Below are positions 49,461-62,669 of a stretch of DNA of 64,000 nt, in pieces (positions within the stretch are counted from its first letter, which is position 1; each line of letters begins with the position of its first letter). Below the pieces are notes generated by a model. It was given only the letters and a program-made list of their open reading frames with translations. It had not been told where the DNA came from and made no database searches. A program made the position numbers and the translations under genes. Origin of the DNA: Macrostomum lignano (lineage: Eukaryota); assembly GCA_002269645.1 (NCBI GenBank), contig NIVC01001855.1, positions 165,726-229,725 of the forward strand. The letters are read 5' to 3'.

Positions 49461-51316
49461 CCCATATGAATAAAGGAATAACGAAAAGGCAAAATATAAC
49501 TTTTGGTTATAATACAACAGATATGTTGTACATTACTATTTTTATACACACGCGTCTAATATTAATAACTTTAGTATGTATATAAGGATAATATATATGC
49601 ATATTAAATAAAATGAATGCCATTTAAAATGAACTGCGGGAGAGATTAACACTTGTTATAATATAATAGTATGCTTACATAACATGTAAAAAGCTATAGT
49701 AACGAGAAAGTAATTAATTAGGTGCAAAAACTGAAACTGATGAAGGTGCCAACTCCATCAATCAATCAATACTAACGGATGCTACTGGGTGATTTATTCA
49801 AGAAAAAATGATTTCATTATTTGTTTATTTTATCCAACAAAAACACACACAGATAGATCAGAACTTTCGAGTTTTAAAAAATACTATAGGAAAATGTTTT
49901 TCCATAATTTTATCATCAATGATCAATATGTTGAAACTCTGCAGTGTAACTGATAACAACATTGCTTAATGAGCATGAGCAGTGTAGGATAAACTGCCGT
50001 ATGGTCGAAGCAGTTAACGGATCGAATTTACTGACCTAGCGGGGGGATTTACTGACTGTTTTCAAGTAAAAAATCAATAAAGCCAATCAATGCAACACGG
50101 TTAATAAAATATTTGCATATTTCTACAAAAGCATTTACCAGTAAATAAATAAAACTAATAAGATTGCCCCGAAATAGGTAAAGCATTACACTGCGGGGGG
50201 GGGGCTAGAGGTAGACTACACTACACTATTTAAGCTTACTGATCAATTTTAATCAACTTTAGAGTAAAGAAGACAAAAAATAAACAACAAATAACAAGTT
50301 TACGGACACATGGTATTATCAATTACATTACATATAGTAGCAGTCATATGCATAGCCATATTGCACATAATATAGTATAAACCTATAATTATTAAAAACT
50401 GACTGTATAGTTAAGTCTTCTCTAACTAATTGCGAATGTTAGAAAAGGTTCATATTACACACACACAGAGGCTGGGGAGCAATCTAAAAGCATAGTTTTT
50501 TGTTTCTAAAAAAAACTTGGACCAAAAATGCGAGCGCTACTATTAATAATAATAATAACAATAATAATTATAGACAATAATTAGGATAAAAAATTAATTG
50601 AGATATCTCCCGCATAGGTGAACAAACACAGTTGCATACTGAGCTGCCAAATGGAACAGAGAGACAAACAAACAGATATAAGCGGCATGCAATTGTTATA
50701 ACAAATAAAACACACAGACAGACACAATCTGGGAGCAGGTATGCCAAAACAAAAACTACTACTAATAATAAAACTAGCATTGCGGTAGAGTCGCTAGAAA
50801 AATTCAACAATATATAGCAGGAACACGGTCGCGCATTCGAAGATGTGATGATGCACAAGGAAGCAACGCAACAACTTAAAGGATAACAACGAGAAATATA
50901 TGCTTATATAAAAAAGTGTATAGACATAAAATTATAGTTCAAACAAAGGAAGTTGTGGAAAATGAAACCACATCTACAAGCTTTATTAAATCATTTATAC
51001 TGACGGGGGTGTAGGAACTGACATGCAGGTTCGCATTTAACATTAGTCATGACTATAATATGTTTAAAGAATAATATAATTTGGGAGACTACAAAAACAT
51101 AAAAAAACTGCTCAGTTTCACGCTTGTCAAGATCAAGCTCAAGAGAGAGTTCGAGTTTAGGGTAGACAATTAATTAATCAGCTGTGTAGGCAGTTAAACT
51201 GGCGGGCTATGCAAAAGGTAATCTCTCAGTAATCAGACTCCATTACTATAACTCAACTCGAATATTAATATCTGCCTTTAGCTTGAGCCTCAGCCTGACT
51301 TCAATTCAATCAACTC

Positions 51317-51450
51317 TCAGGCTTCTGTCGATTGTTGCGACTCGAATGGCGACGCCTCGGCTGAGACTGGCGGCGGAGGCGGCAGAGGTGGCGGCGGCGG
51401 CGGCAAAGGCGGCATGTGCTGGGGAGATTCCTGTTGCATAGGAGACATGA

Positions 51451-51482
<32 letters not shown>

Positions 51483-53684
51483 GGTGGCCGGTGAATCGGC
51501 TGCTGCTGCTGCTGCATCGAGTCCGACTGCAGGGCCCGATAAGCCGAGCAAGTCTTCTTGTGACAATAATACGACGCGCCCCATCTGAACCGTTTCTTGC
51601 AGCCTTCGCATTCGTAGCGACCTTCAACGCTGTGCATGCCTTCAATGTGCTGCTTGAGGGACAGCTTGGAGCTGTAAGAATTGTTGCACTGAGGACACAC
51701 ATAGCCGGTGCCCATTGAGGGCGGCTGCTGCTGCTGCTGCTGGGGCGGCAGCGGAGGCGCCAGATGGTTATTCATTGAGCCGGACGAAGACGCAACGGCG
51801 GCGGCAGCGGCCGCGGCAGCTGCGGCAGCCACCAGAGCGGAGGACTGGCTGCTCTCGCCGCTGCTGTCAAGCAGTAGCGGAGGCAGCTGCTGCTGCTGCT
51901 GATGATGAAGATGCTGCTGCTGGTGATGCAGATTGTGCAGCTGCTGCTGCTGAGGCTGACCGTTGATGCCGCCGCTGCCGCCTCCGTTGCTGCCAGCGTG
52001 GCTGCCGCCGCCGCGACGCCGGCCACCGCCGCCCTCGCCAGCGGAACGCCTGGCCTCGGGATTGGGGTTGAGCTTGCACTGGCGCTGGTGCTGATAATAA
52101 ACTGGCGGCCAGCGAAATTTGCGCTGACAATAGCGGCACTGATAGGCTGGCGGCCGGTGCAGGTGCATGTGCTGGTCTAGCAGAGTCTTGGTGCGGAACA
52201 GCTTGCTGCATTCCGGGCAGGCGTGCTGCTTTAATTGCTGCTGCTGCTGCTGTTGCTGACTTGGGTGGTGTTGCTGCGGCTGCTGCTGGTGCTGCTGCTG
52301 ATGGTGCTGGTGATCCATACCCTGACCACCACCGCTAGACATCATCTGATGATGGTGCTGCTGATGCTGCTGCATGTGATGATGATGCTGGTGCATGTGC
52401 TGCGGCTGCGGGTGGTGCTGCACAGTGGAAGATTGATGATGCGGCTGATGATGCTGCTGATGATGCTGGCCAGGATGCTGATGGTGATGCTGCTGCTGGT
52501 GATGGTGCTGCTGCTGCTGGCCGGGCTGCTGCGAGCAGACGTGATCGGCAAGGCCCGAGACGCTAACAAACAGGGTGTCGCATTTCTGACAGCGGTGCAG
52601 CGGCGACAGGTCACTTGAGGCAGCGGCGGGTCCGCCGGAGGCTGGCGAAGCTGCGGACTGAGACAGCTGCTGCTGATGGTGCTGCTGCTGCTGCCGATGC
52701 TGCTGGAGATGATCGCCAGCTGTGACAGCCGTAAGCTGCGGCGGAGTGTGCGACGAATCCGACGATCTGACGGTGCCAGCGGCGGCGGCAGCGGCGGCGG
52801 CAGCGGCCACGGCGGCGGCGTGCATGCCGTCAAGATGCTGGCGCAGGATGCGCTGCTGTTTAAACCTGGCGCCGCAGAATTCGCATTGGAATCGGCGCTC
52901 GCCGCTGCCACCGCCGCCGCCGCCTTGGCTGCTGCTGCCGCCTCCGTGGCCATTGTTGCTGGCGCCGCTGCCGCCGCTGCAGGCGCTGCCAACGTGACTG
53001 GGCGGACTGCCGTGAGCCTCGGCCATGTGCTGCTGCAGAAGGTCCTGGGACAGACACTTCAGTCCGCAGCGATCGCACTGGATCTGATGGTACATGATGT
53101 GGCTGAACTGGCTAATATGATTAGTCAGGTGCAAGTTGAAGTCTTTCTCGTCAGAGCAGGCGTAGCCGCAGATCTGGCAGGCGAGGGTCGGCCGTGACGG
53201 CGGGCTGGGGGTCAGCACGGCTCCGCCCGGATCTGAGAACGGATTAATCATCGGGCGCTGATAATCCTGTTCGGATTTCACTGATGAAGATGATTTTGAC
53301 AATTGCTGCTGTTGTTGGTCGTGCTGCGCTTGCGGTTGCTGATGCTGGGGCTGCGGCTGCTGTTGCTGCACAGAAGAATCCTGCTGTTGCTGCTGTCCGG
53401 TAGCGGCGCTACTAAAATGATCCAGCGCCGATAGTGGTGGCGCCGATACAGAAGTTGGCGCGCCGGCGCCATTGGAATGCAGCTCACAGTTGCCAACGTG
53501 ATCCAATAGCAACAATAAGAAGTCATCGTCGCTGGCATTCTGCAGGCTGAGCAGCTGTTTGGACTCGATGAATCGGGAGTAGGTGAACAGGTTCACCGGT
53601 ATGCTCACAATGTTGTCCATGTTCTTGGCTAGCTGGCGCGAGTCAATAGGCCCAGCGAAATTGACAGCCAGCAACAATTGGGTG
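51317..53684 (-). CDS. C2H2/C2HC zinc-finger transcription factor with polyQ/H/A/G tracts (large coding exon)
   Basis: Eight fingers: CQIC, CDRC, CEFC, CQKC(HxC), CPEC, CRYC(FRW..HxxxC), CPQC, CEGC(FRW..HxxxC). Acceptor TTTCTAAAG at 53686-85; first in-frame ATG at 53620; an upstream exon was not found. Long AT-rich 3' UTR-like sequence follows. Confidence 0.93.
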
Positions 53685-56600
53685 CTTTAGAAATAGAAAA
53701 TTGACGAATTCCCCCAGTTGTAGCCTAGTTGACTTGGGCAGCAAAATTGCATTTGGGCATGCGATTTTGTGTGCGATTTTGTGCCTTCACATCTAATAAT
53801 TATTCATCTTCTTACTGGTATCATTTTATAAAAATTACTATAAAATTTTATACTTGATTTCAAATTTACAATGTTAACTTTAAAATTCAAAAAGCAATTC
53901 ATAACTTACGGCTCATATAATACCACATTTATATGACTTGTAGAATGGCAAGCAAAAAATTAAGAGTGGCCCTTATAAGGCTCTTAATAAATTCTTTTTT
54001 CACTATTAATCTATGCAATAAATATCTCAAAGAAACATTCAGCAAGCTATAATAACACTAGCAACTCACTTGTTTTTAATTTCATTGCTTTGCTTTTTGT
54101 CTTGTTTTGCAATTTCTTTTTTGCTTCCTTGCACTATTCCTTTTAATTGCTGAGATGTCAAGGCTTGTAGGGAGAATGGCCAAGATGTTGAGGCTAAGAG
54201 GTCAGAAAACAAATAGTTTATTTAATTCTGTTTTATTCTTTGTTGCCTCCACAATGGGGGTCTCGATTGCTAGTACATACTTAAAGTACTCCAACAACTT
54301 TTTATGATTGTGTTTTCTAAAAAAAGTATATGAAATGATATTAACTATATTTAAGTTTTTTATTTATATAAACCTTGGATACCATTTAATTTAAAATTCA
54401 TATTTTTATCAATAATTTATATTTTATTGTCAATAGTTATACAATTGTTGGTTCTTTGCCTTAAAGACTAAATTTTCAGATTTAAACAATCTATAAAATG
54501 AAATATACATACTTGCAAACTTTATAAATTTGACTTAGCAATGTTTGCTTGCAATTCTAAATGCAGATTAAGTTTTTAAACAATAAGGCAAAAGACTAAG
54601 ATAGACTAAGAAAACTAGAAAATAGTTAAGAATCTTGTTGTTTCACTTTGATTTATATTGCATTGTCTAATAACAAATTTTAAAGCATAATAACCTATAT
54701 TCTAGAATAACACATACAATAATATATACTAGAATAGAATACCACCTTCAATGAAAGCTTGAACAAGTTGCTACATATAAACAAATTATTAATTTTTAAC
54801 AGTAGTTTTATAGAAAGTTAATGAAAATTTAAAAAATCAAAGATTCAAATAACCTTTAACTATGACCAAGATTTTTTATAAACAAGGTAAATTATATAGA
54901 TTATAAAGATTGCTTTTAATTTGTCAAAAAACTAATTATTTCCTTTTTAAATTTTCACTAAACTTTAACTACTATAAATTATATTTGTTTTAAACTAAAT
55001 AAGTGACATTATATAGATATATTTAGTAGGCTTAGCCCAAAAGTGTATATATACTACAAACAATGAAATATACTATAAAGGATGCAGACATTACTGTCCC
55101 TCCCTCCACTTTTATGCAGTGATTTAAACATTACCTCCTAATAACAAGGTCATATACATTAGATTGCTATCAAATTTGGATACAACAAATGTCAATAAAA
55201 AAATGAAGACAAAGAATATTTTGCAAATATGACACCATTCAAAAGGATAAAGAATACTTTATAGCAAAGCAATTGTTGAAAAGTATTTATTAAAACAAAA
55301 TTTATTATTATGGCATAGATATAAAGTATATATTGAATTTGTAAATGTTGAGAGATTGAAATACATTCAATTTTCACTTATACATCATTATTATTTATAA
55401 TTTTATATTATAAGATTTTTTATGAACTAAATATTTCTGAAAACCTCTTAATAAGATTTAGATAATATAATAGAATACAAATATATGCATCTTTTTATAC
55501 AAAAATCTTACTCAACCCCTTATGGTTTTATAACAGTTAGTACATTACTTAGATATCCAATTTTTTTGCAATTAATTTCAAAAAGCTATAAATGAATATA
55601 AAAGGCTAAATGTGCAAAGGCATAGATGATTTCTAAGGAAAAATGTATCATTTTATTTTTTTAATTATTAGATTAGATAAATAACATAATCATGAAAAGA
55701 TAGAAATTTGTATATAAAATTTTTATACTAAATTAATAATAATACTAAAGTCTAAATGACTATGCCTTAGACTATAAATATAAATTATTATAATGTAACA
55801 ATTCTTAGCTTAATTTAAACTAGACCTAGCCTAGCTTAGCTTTTATGTAGGCTTAAACCAGGGATTAGGCCCCTAGCAAATATTTTTCAATGTAGGCCAG
55901 ATTGGAAAACTAGGCTGAAGCAGCAAGCCAAAAAATATGCAAATTATGGCTATAACAATTTTAGATGATTAGACCAAATAAAACCAACAACCCAACAATT
56001 AAAAGTAAAACTGATATAGGAATAATAGGGTGAAAGCTAATTTTACTTGTAAAGATAAATGTTTCAACATAAAATTGATTTGCAGGCCATTTTTAAATTG
56101 ATAAATAGTAAGGATACTGTGGGCCAGACTTGAAGGCATCATAGGCTATATTTGCCAATTTGTCAATCCCTAGCTTAAACCCATACTCAAGATGATATCA
56201 TTTTGTCAAATAAATTATAATGTATGAAAGTTTTTTTAGATTAATAGTTTGGTGCATAGTAAGGTTGCAATGTAGCACTAGACTTCTGGTGGTATACATA
56301 TATACTAGAAAATTCTGGCATACAGAAGGACCTTGAGTATATAATTGATATACAACTTGATGTACAGAGGGGACTGATATGCCCTTTTAATATATAGCTT
56401 GGCATATAAAGATTGTGAAGTTGTAAGTAGGACCAAAGTTCCAAGTCCCAATCAATATATATATTTAGTATATATACATAATTAAAATAGCTAAATTGAA
56501 ATAAAAAACCAATATTTATTAATCATTTTTTTAATCTTAAAATTTTGTAAGCCATAACTATTTGTCAAAATTTTTAGTTTTTGATTTGAAGTATTTTTAT

Positions 56601-58157
56601 ATAATATAATAGAAGTCTATCAATATATATTAGAATAAATGAACTAAGGAAACAATATTGTATACTAGTATACAATACAATCCTGACCTTCAATAAATAG
56701 AGGAATATAGTATAAACTACACATACACTATGTTAAAATGCAGTTGCATATCAAATATAAAAACATAAAAGTAAAAATCTTGATTATACTTTAAAAAATT
56801 TAAATATGTTTTTACTTTTCCAATACAAAATTACAACTGTTTTTCATTTAGAATATTTTTATCATCTATATTTTAGACTTCATATGGCTATTTTTTAGTA
56901 ATTTAATAAAAAAATTAGCAATATTACAAAAATGACTCCATAAATTTTAGCTTATATTACAAATAAATTGACGAAATTTTAATATGATTTATCATAGTAA
57001 AATATTTAGGCCTACTTAGATTAGAACATAAGAACACTGCATATCAGCATATATATTGTTTTCTAAAAAAATCATGTAGGCCTAGCCTACACAGTGCCAA
57101 TGCTAGGCCTAGTTAGACATGATCCTGACTATGGGCCTGTACTATTTCGGCTTATAGGGCCTACTAGGCCTACATTCTGTTTAACTTAAGGCATTGCTTA
57201 GTTTAAAATTTTGGTAGCCTTTAGTAGGTCTTTAAAACGAATTTACAATAGTTTTTGCCCTGGACTGGTAATCCTATAGTATACACATTTACTTTTTGCT
57301 TGTCATAGGCCCTACCATTTCACACACCCCAGCATAATACAGTCGTTATAGTTTATATTTATAAAGCTAAGCCAAAGGTAGGTCTTATTAGGTGTTTACT
57401 TTAGGGCTTATAAATTAAATGCTTAGGACCTAGGCCTAGGCCTAATTTGCCAATTACTTCCTTGCTTGGATCTTGGGAATCTATGCTCAATAGTTTTCGG
57501 TAGTAAGCCTACTGTATGTGAAAAAAATTTTTGCTTATGCTTCTTTTTATTGACCATGGGTAGACCTGGTCGAGATACGACTTGAGGTAGGCCTAATAAG
57601 CTAAGCCTAAGTAAGTTACTAAGTAAACATCGTCACTGTCAGTTGAATTATAATTAAAGAAGAAACCATGAATTTTCCTTTAAAAGTATTTTAAATCGTA
57701 ATATATACTGAACTTAAAGTAACGTAGCCAGTACTATTAATTGACTCAAGTAAAAAATAAGGCTTCTCCCGCTTCTCAAATCTCAAATCTATGTTAGTGA
57801 CATAGTGTTAGAATTAAGTATTATAGTATAGTAAATTATTATTTTATTCTCCTTTTTTTTCTTTTTTGGATTTACATTAAAAAAGTTTTACGTTAAAACA
57901 AAAAGACTATGTTTCATATCGTTTAAAGCAACAAAAACAAAACTAATTGCAAGTTTGCAAGTCTTAAACAACATTAAATAACTTTTTGTTGCTTTTAAGT
58001 CCACAGTATTTGTGCGGTTTTTGTTTTCGTTTTATACTGAATGGTATTATATTTATTGTACACGGTACACGTGCATTCGAGCACAAAAACGAGTTAATGT
58101 GCTGTTAAACCTTGGAGCTTGTCGCGGAAACTCGTGTATGCAGCACAAGAGGTTCCT

Positions 58158-58582
58158 AGTCATTTCGTCATCTGCCATTTCGTCATCTGGGTGTCTGGGG
58201 TGCTCACCTCGACTTTGGTCACTTCGTCATCTTAATTAGCATGCACTACCTGAAGAGAGTCATTTTTGTCTTCCACCAATAGTTCCAACTTCAAGTGAAT
58301 TAACGTGGCAATCAAACATATTTACTTGGAAATCCTAATGATCCCAGTCATTTTGTCATCTCGATTGATAAAACCTGTCGATCGATCGGTTCTGCTTGCC
58401 GCAGCTTAATAGTTAATAAAAATGGTTTATACTAACTCGAATCTCAAACAGATTAATTGATTGATGAAGAAGTATCCAGCATAACTAAATATTTGGTCAC
58501 TTCGTCATATTATTTTTCAAGCTACTTTGCTTCTGTTCACTTCGTCATCCGATATGACGAAATGGAATATGACGATCTGACC
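58158..58582. mobile_element. MITE-like element with imperfect ~30-bp terminal inverted repeats
   Basis: Left AGTCATTTCGTCATCTGCCATTTCGTCAT versus reverse complement of right GGTCAGATCGTCATATTCCATTTCGTCAT; internal TTCGTCAT motifs; no clear TSD. Confidence 0.55.
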
Positions 58583-59830
58583 ATGCAGTGACCGCACAAG
58601 AACGGTTCTTTCGAATTTTGGTATCATTTAATCGGCCGACAATATTATTTTGCAAATATTTAATTTCGTCATCAAATTCTCCTTTACAAACAACTCTTAG
58701 CTCGTCCTTGGAAAAGTTCCACATTGATTCTTTTGAATTTTGATAATAGTTAAATAGTTGGTACTTTTTGGCTTTTCACAAAGATTGGTTTCAGAACTAG
58801 AATTCCGATTCCAAAAACAGAATTTGCATGGTAGAAAAATGAATGCGCAGTCGTCGAATTAATTATCATGTTTGTCAGTCTTACACTCGTGATTTTGTCT
58901 TTTTGTCTTTGTTTTCTCCTGGATATATCAAAAAACTCTGGCAATATTAATAATAATAATACTTTGACTATTTCAAATATATTTTATTGCTTTTATTGTT
59001 TTATAGTGGAAAAATGACGTCGACAAATCGGATCGAGAAAATTTCTCGAACCAAATTCCATCAGAATTTATGCAGCACACACTGCTGCACTGCAAGTACT
59101 CGTAATTCCGTTTCGCCCCCACAAAATATGTTCGACAATTATTCGCAATTGTTTTAGTCATTGTGGGATTATTGGGAAACAGCTAACTCGGAGTCACTTA
59201 CATGTATAGTAACCCTGATGGCCCCTTGAACGATTGTAGCATACATGTACTCTGACTATATGTTCTTGGTCACCATGCATGTGCAGCACGAGCACCCAGC
59301 TAGGTTTGCAGGTTTCAATGGGCTCTGTGCAACCTCTGGCTTGTGGATAGTCATCATGTACCCACTTACATGAAATACGTGAAGCGGATATTATTATTAC
59401 GGATAACGACGTCCTACATCGGCTGAACGTCGGTGCAATGTAAGAGTACATACACGTCTGTCATCAAAGTCAATAGCCGTCGGAACTCTCTCTAGATCTC
59501 TCTCTAGATCTACTATATTGCAGGTGCATTTCCAACTGCCGAATGTAGAAATTGCAGTATACCTTACCTACATGTATATGTAATAAATTTAGCTCAGCAA
59601 GCTAACGACACGGGTATGACAGGAATACGCGCTAGGGCTCATTAAATCATATGGCTATTAGTTATCGAATTGGTGTATTAAATACGGTAAAAAGAACACC
59701 TGCCAAAACAAATAAAAATTGTATAAAACCCAAAAATAGAAATATTTCTAACAGCTATAACTCCAAAATCTGCTTACGGATTACTGATCCGCTTTTGCCA
59801 CTGGATTAACGCATAACGTAATCTATAGCT

Positions 59831-60271
59831 ATGGCAACCAGTTCAGATACTGGAAGCACCTCAGCCTGGGTGCTACTGCTAGCTAGTCTGATCCTGACCG
59901 CTTTATTAGGCTCAGCAGATGCGGTGGAATCCTCACTGCAGGATCCGCACGCTATGATGAATGCCATGGCTTCGGCGGCTCTGGCGTCAGCTGCAGTTGG
60001 CGCTGCTGGTACTGACGGCGACTCCGGGAGCGACGATTTGGGCATCGCAGCGCAGCTCTTCAGTGCACTGGCTCAAGCTCAAGCCGGAGAGGCCGCCCAC
60101 GTGTTCAAAGATTCGCGAAATAAGCACCTGCTGGTGCCACCGCGACTGGGCAAGTCGGTGCTGACAGCGCGGATCAAGCAGCAGCTGTTGGATTGGCACA
60201 ATCGGATGCGCTCGGGGATTGCACTGGGACGCGATGACAAGTTGCCACCGGCTGCCAACATGGCTCTTTTG
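59831..60271 (+). CDS. Secreted CAP (SCP/CRISP-like) + ShKT protein, exon 1
   Basis: Signal peptide, low-complexity pro-region, LLDWHNRMRS...PPAANMALL (CAP N-terminal motif). Donor TTG|GTGAGG, phase 0. Confidence 0.9.
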
Positions 60272-60296
60272 GTGAGGCCTAGGCATTGATAACTGC

Positions 60297-61215
60297 ATTC
60301 ACTCACTCACTCACTCACTCAATCGCTCACTCACTCACTCACTCACTCACTCACTCACTCACTCACTCACTCACTCACTCACTCACTCACTCACTCACTC
60401 AATCGCTCACTCACTCACTCACTCACTCACTCACTCACTCACTCACTCACTCACTCACTCACTCACTCACTCACTCACTCACTCACTCACTCACTCACTC
60501 ACTCACTCACTCACTCACTCACTCACTCACTCACTAACTAACTCACTCACTCACTCACTCACTCACTCACTCACTAACTAACTCACTCACTCACTCACTC
60601 ACTCACTCACTCACTCACTCACTCACTCACTCACTCACTCACTAACTCACTCACTCACTCACTCGCTAACTCATTCACTCACTCACTCACTCACTCACTC
60701 ACTCACTCACTCACTCACTCACTCACTCGCTAACTCATTCACTCACTCACTCACTCACTCACTCGCTAACTCATTCACTCACTCACTCACTCACTCACTA
60801 ACTAACTCACTCACTCACTCACTCACTCACTCACTCATTCACACACTCATGAACTCATGAACTCATGAACTCACTCATGAACTCACTCATGAACTCACTC
60901 ATGAACTCACTCACTCACACACTCACTTACTCACTCACTCATTCACACACTCATGAACTCATGAACTCACTCATGAACTCACTCATGAACTCACTTATGA
61001 ACTCACTCATGAACTCACTCATGAACTCACTTATGAACTCACTCATGAACTCACTCATGAACTCATGAACTCATGAACTCACTCATGAACTCATGAACTC
61101 ATGAACTCATGAACTCGTGAACTCATGAACTCGTGAACTCATGAACTCATGAACTCATGAACTCGTGAACTCGTGAACTCGTGAACTCATGAACTCATGA
61201 ACTCGTGAACTAAAA
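60297..61215. repeat. (CTCA)n microsatellite grading into 12-bp and 8-bp (GAACTCAT) units, intronic
   Basis: Direct read. Confidence 0.96.
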
Positions 61216-61315
61216 TGAACTCACCCGCCAAACAATTAAAGCTCGATTCAAAGATCTATTTAACGACTGCGATGACACACTCCCACGCACAAGCCCCACA
61301 TCCGCTCTGCAACAG

Positions 61316-61853
61316 GAGTGGGACGATCACCTGGCGGCCACCGCCTCCGACTGGGCCGCCCAGTGCACGGCGGGCCAGACGGACTCGCCGGCGAACCGAG
61401 CCGTGCCCGGCCTGCAAGGTCACGTGGGCCAAAGCACGGCCGCTGATTGGCTGGCCGATCCGCAGATTTTGGCGGCGGCTTGGTGGGACCAGCGACGGAT
61501 GTTTGACGCCGCTACTGGACGGTGTAAACGAGCCGGTCGTCATGGCAACAGCTGCGCAGGAATCCGTTATCTGGTGTCCGGTACCGCTCGGTACGTCGGC
61601 TGCGACTTGAGAGACTGCAGCGGTGGCAGCGGCGGAGACAGCCGGCAGTTTGCCTACTTGTTGGTCTGCAACTACGGTGAGCTGGGCCCAGGTGCAGGCA
61701 GCAACAAAAGCAGGGCCTACACTGTGGGATCTGCATGCAGCGCTTGCTCCGCTGAGTTGCCTCACTGCCTGCGCGGTCTGTGCGCTTCCAACGAAGCTTG
61801 CGAAGCTTTGCATGCGGCTGGCGCTTCAAGGAAGTCAAAGGATCAGTGCAAAG
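61316..61853 (+). CDS. CAP + ShKT protein exon 2 (CAP core and Cys-rich hinge)
   Basis: Acceptor CAACAG|GAG gives EWDDHLAATASDWAAQC...YVGC...LLVCNYG...YTVGSACSAC...CLRGLC. Donor AAG|GTAATT at 61854, phase 1. Confidence 0.9.
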
Positions 61854-62044
61854 GTAATTGTTTCTCTACTTTCTAAATACTGCATGTTTTGCTACGAGTA
61901 CTTATAATTCCAGGAAAAATGACGACACTGAAAGCTTTTCCAGTATTATGCATCCTCTAGCTGGATTGTAGTTACTCGTCTACGAGCGTATTGGATAATC
62001 AGGACTAGAACTCACAGGATCCCCCGCAAAGAACTTGAACTGCG

Positions 62045-62632
62045 GTTTCTCTACCGAATGGGCTAGAGCTTCAGTTTCTCTACCGAATGGGCTAGAGCTT
62101 CAGTTTCTCTACCGAATGGGCTAGAGCTTCAGTTTCTCTACGAATGGGCTAGAGCTTCAGTTTCTCTACCGAATGGGCTAGAGCTTCAGTTTCTCTACCG
62201 AATGGGCTAGAGCTTCAGTTTCTCTACCGAATGGGCTAGAGCTTCAGTTTCTCTACCGAATGGGCTAGAGCTTCAGTTTCTCTACCGAATGGGCTAGAGC
62301 TTCAGTTTCTCTACCGAATGGGCTAGAGCTTCAGTTTCTCTACCGAATGGGCTAGAGCTTCAGTTTCTCTACCGAATGGGCTAGAGCTTCAGTTTCTCTA
62401 CCGAATGGGCTAGAGCTTCAGTTTCTCTACGAATGGGCTAGAGCTTCAGTTTCTCTACGAAGGACACCTGGGCTAGAGCTTCAGTTTCTCTATTGAAGGA
62501 CACCTGGGCTAGAGCTTCAATTTCTCTAGTGAAGGACACCTGGCTAGAGCTTCAGTTTCTCTACCGAAGGACACCTGGGCTAGAGCTTCAATTTCTCTAG
62601 TGAAGGACACCTGGGCTAGAGCTTCAGTTTCT
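62045..62632. repeat. 29-bp minisatellite (GGGCTAGAGCTTCAGTTTCTCTACCGAAT), intronic
   Basis: About 20 copies; the last units are 31-bp variants. Confidence 0.95.
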
Positions 62633-62669
62633 CTTCAGCTAAATCGCACCGCTTTTATTAAATTACCAG

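Noticed and set aside
58750-59451. Short ORFs as the missing first exon of the zinc-finger gene or as a transposase
   Set aside because: AT-rich, no phase-compatible donor with a credible start, and no transposase motif.
61677-61691. Apparent intron GTGAGC...CCCAG in the CAP exon
   Set aside because: Only 15 nt, too short for a spliceosomal intron; read-through stays in frame and fits the CAP C-terminal pattern.
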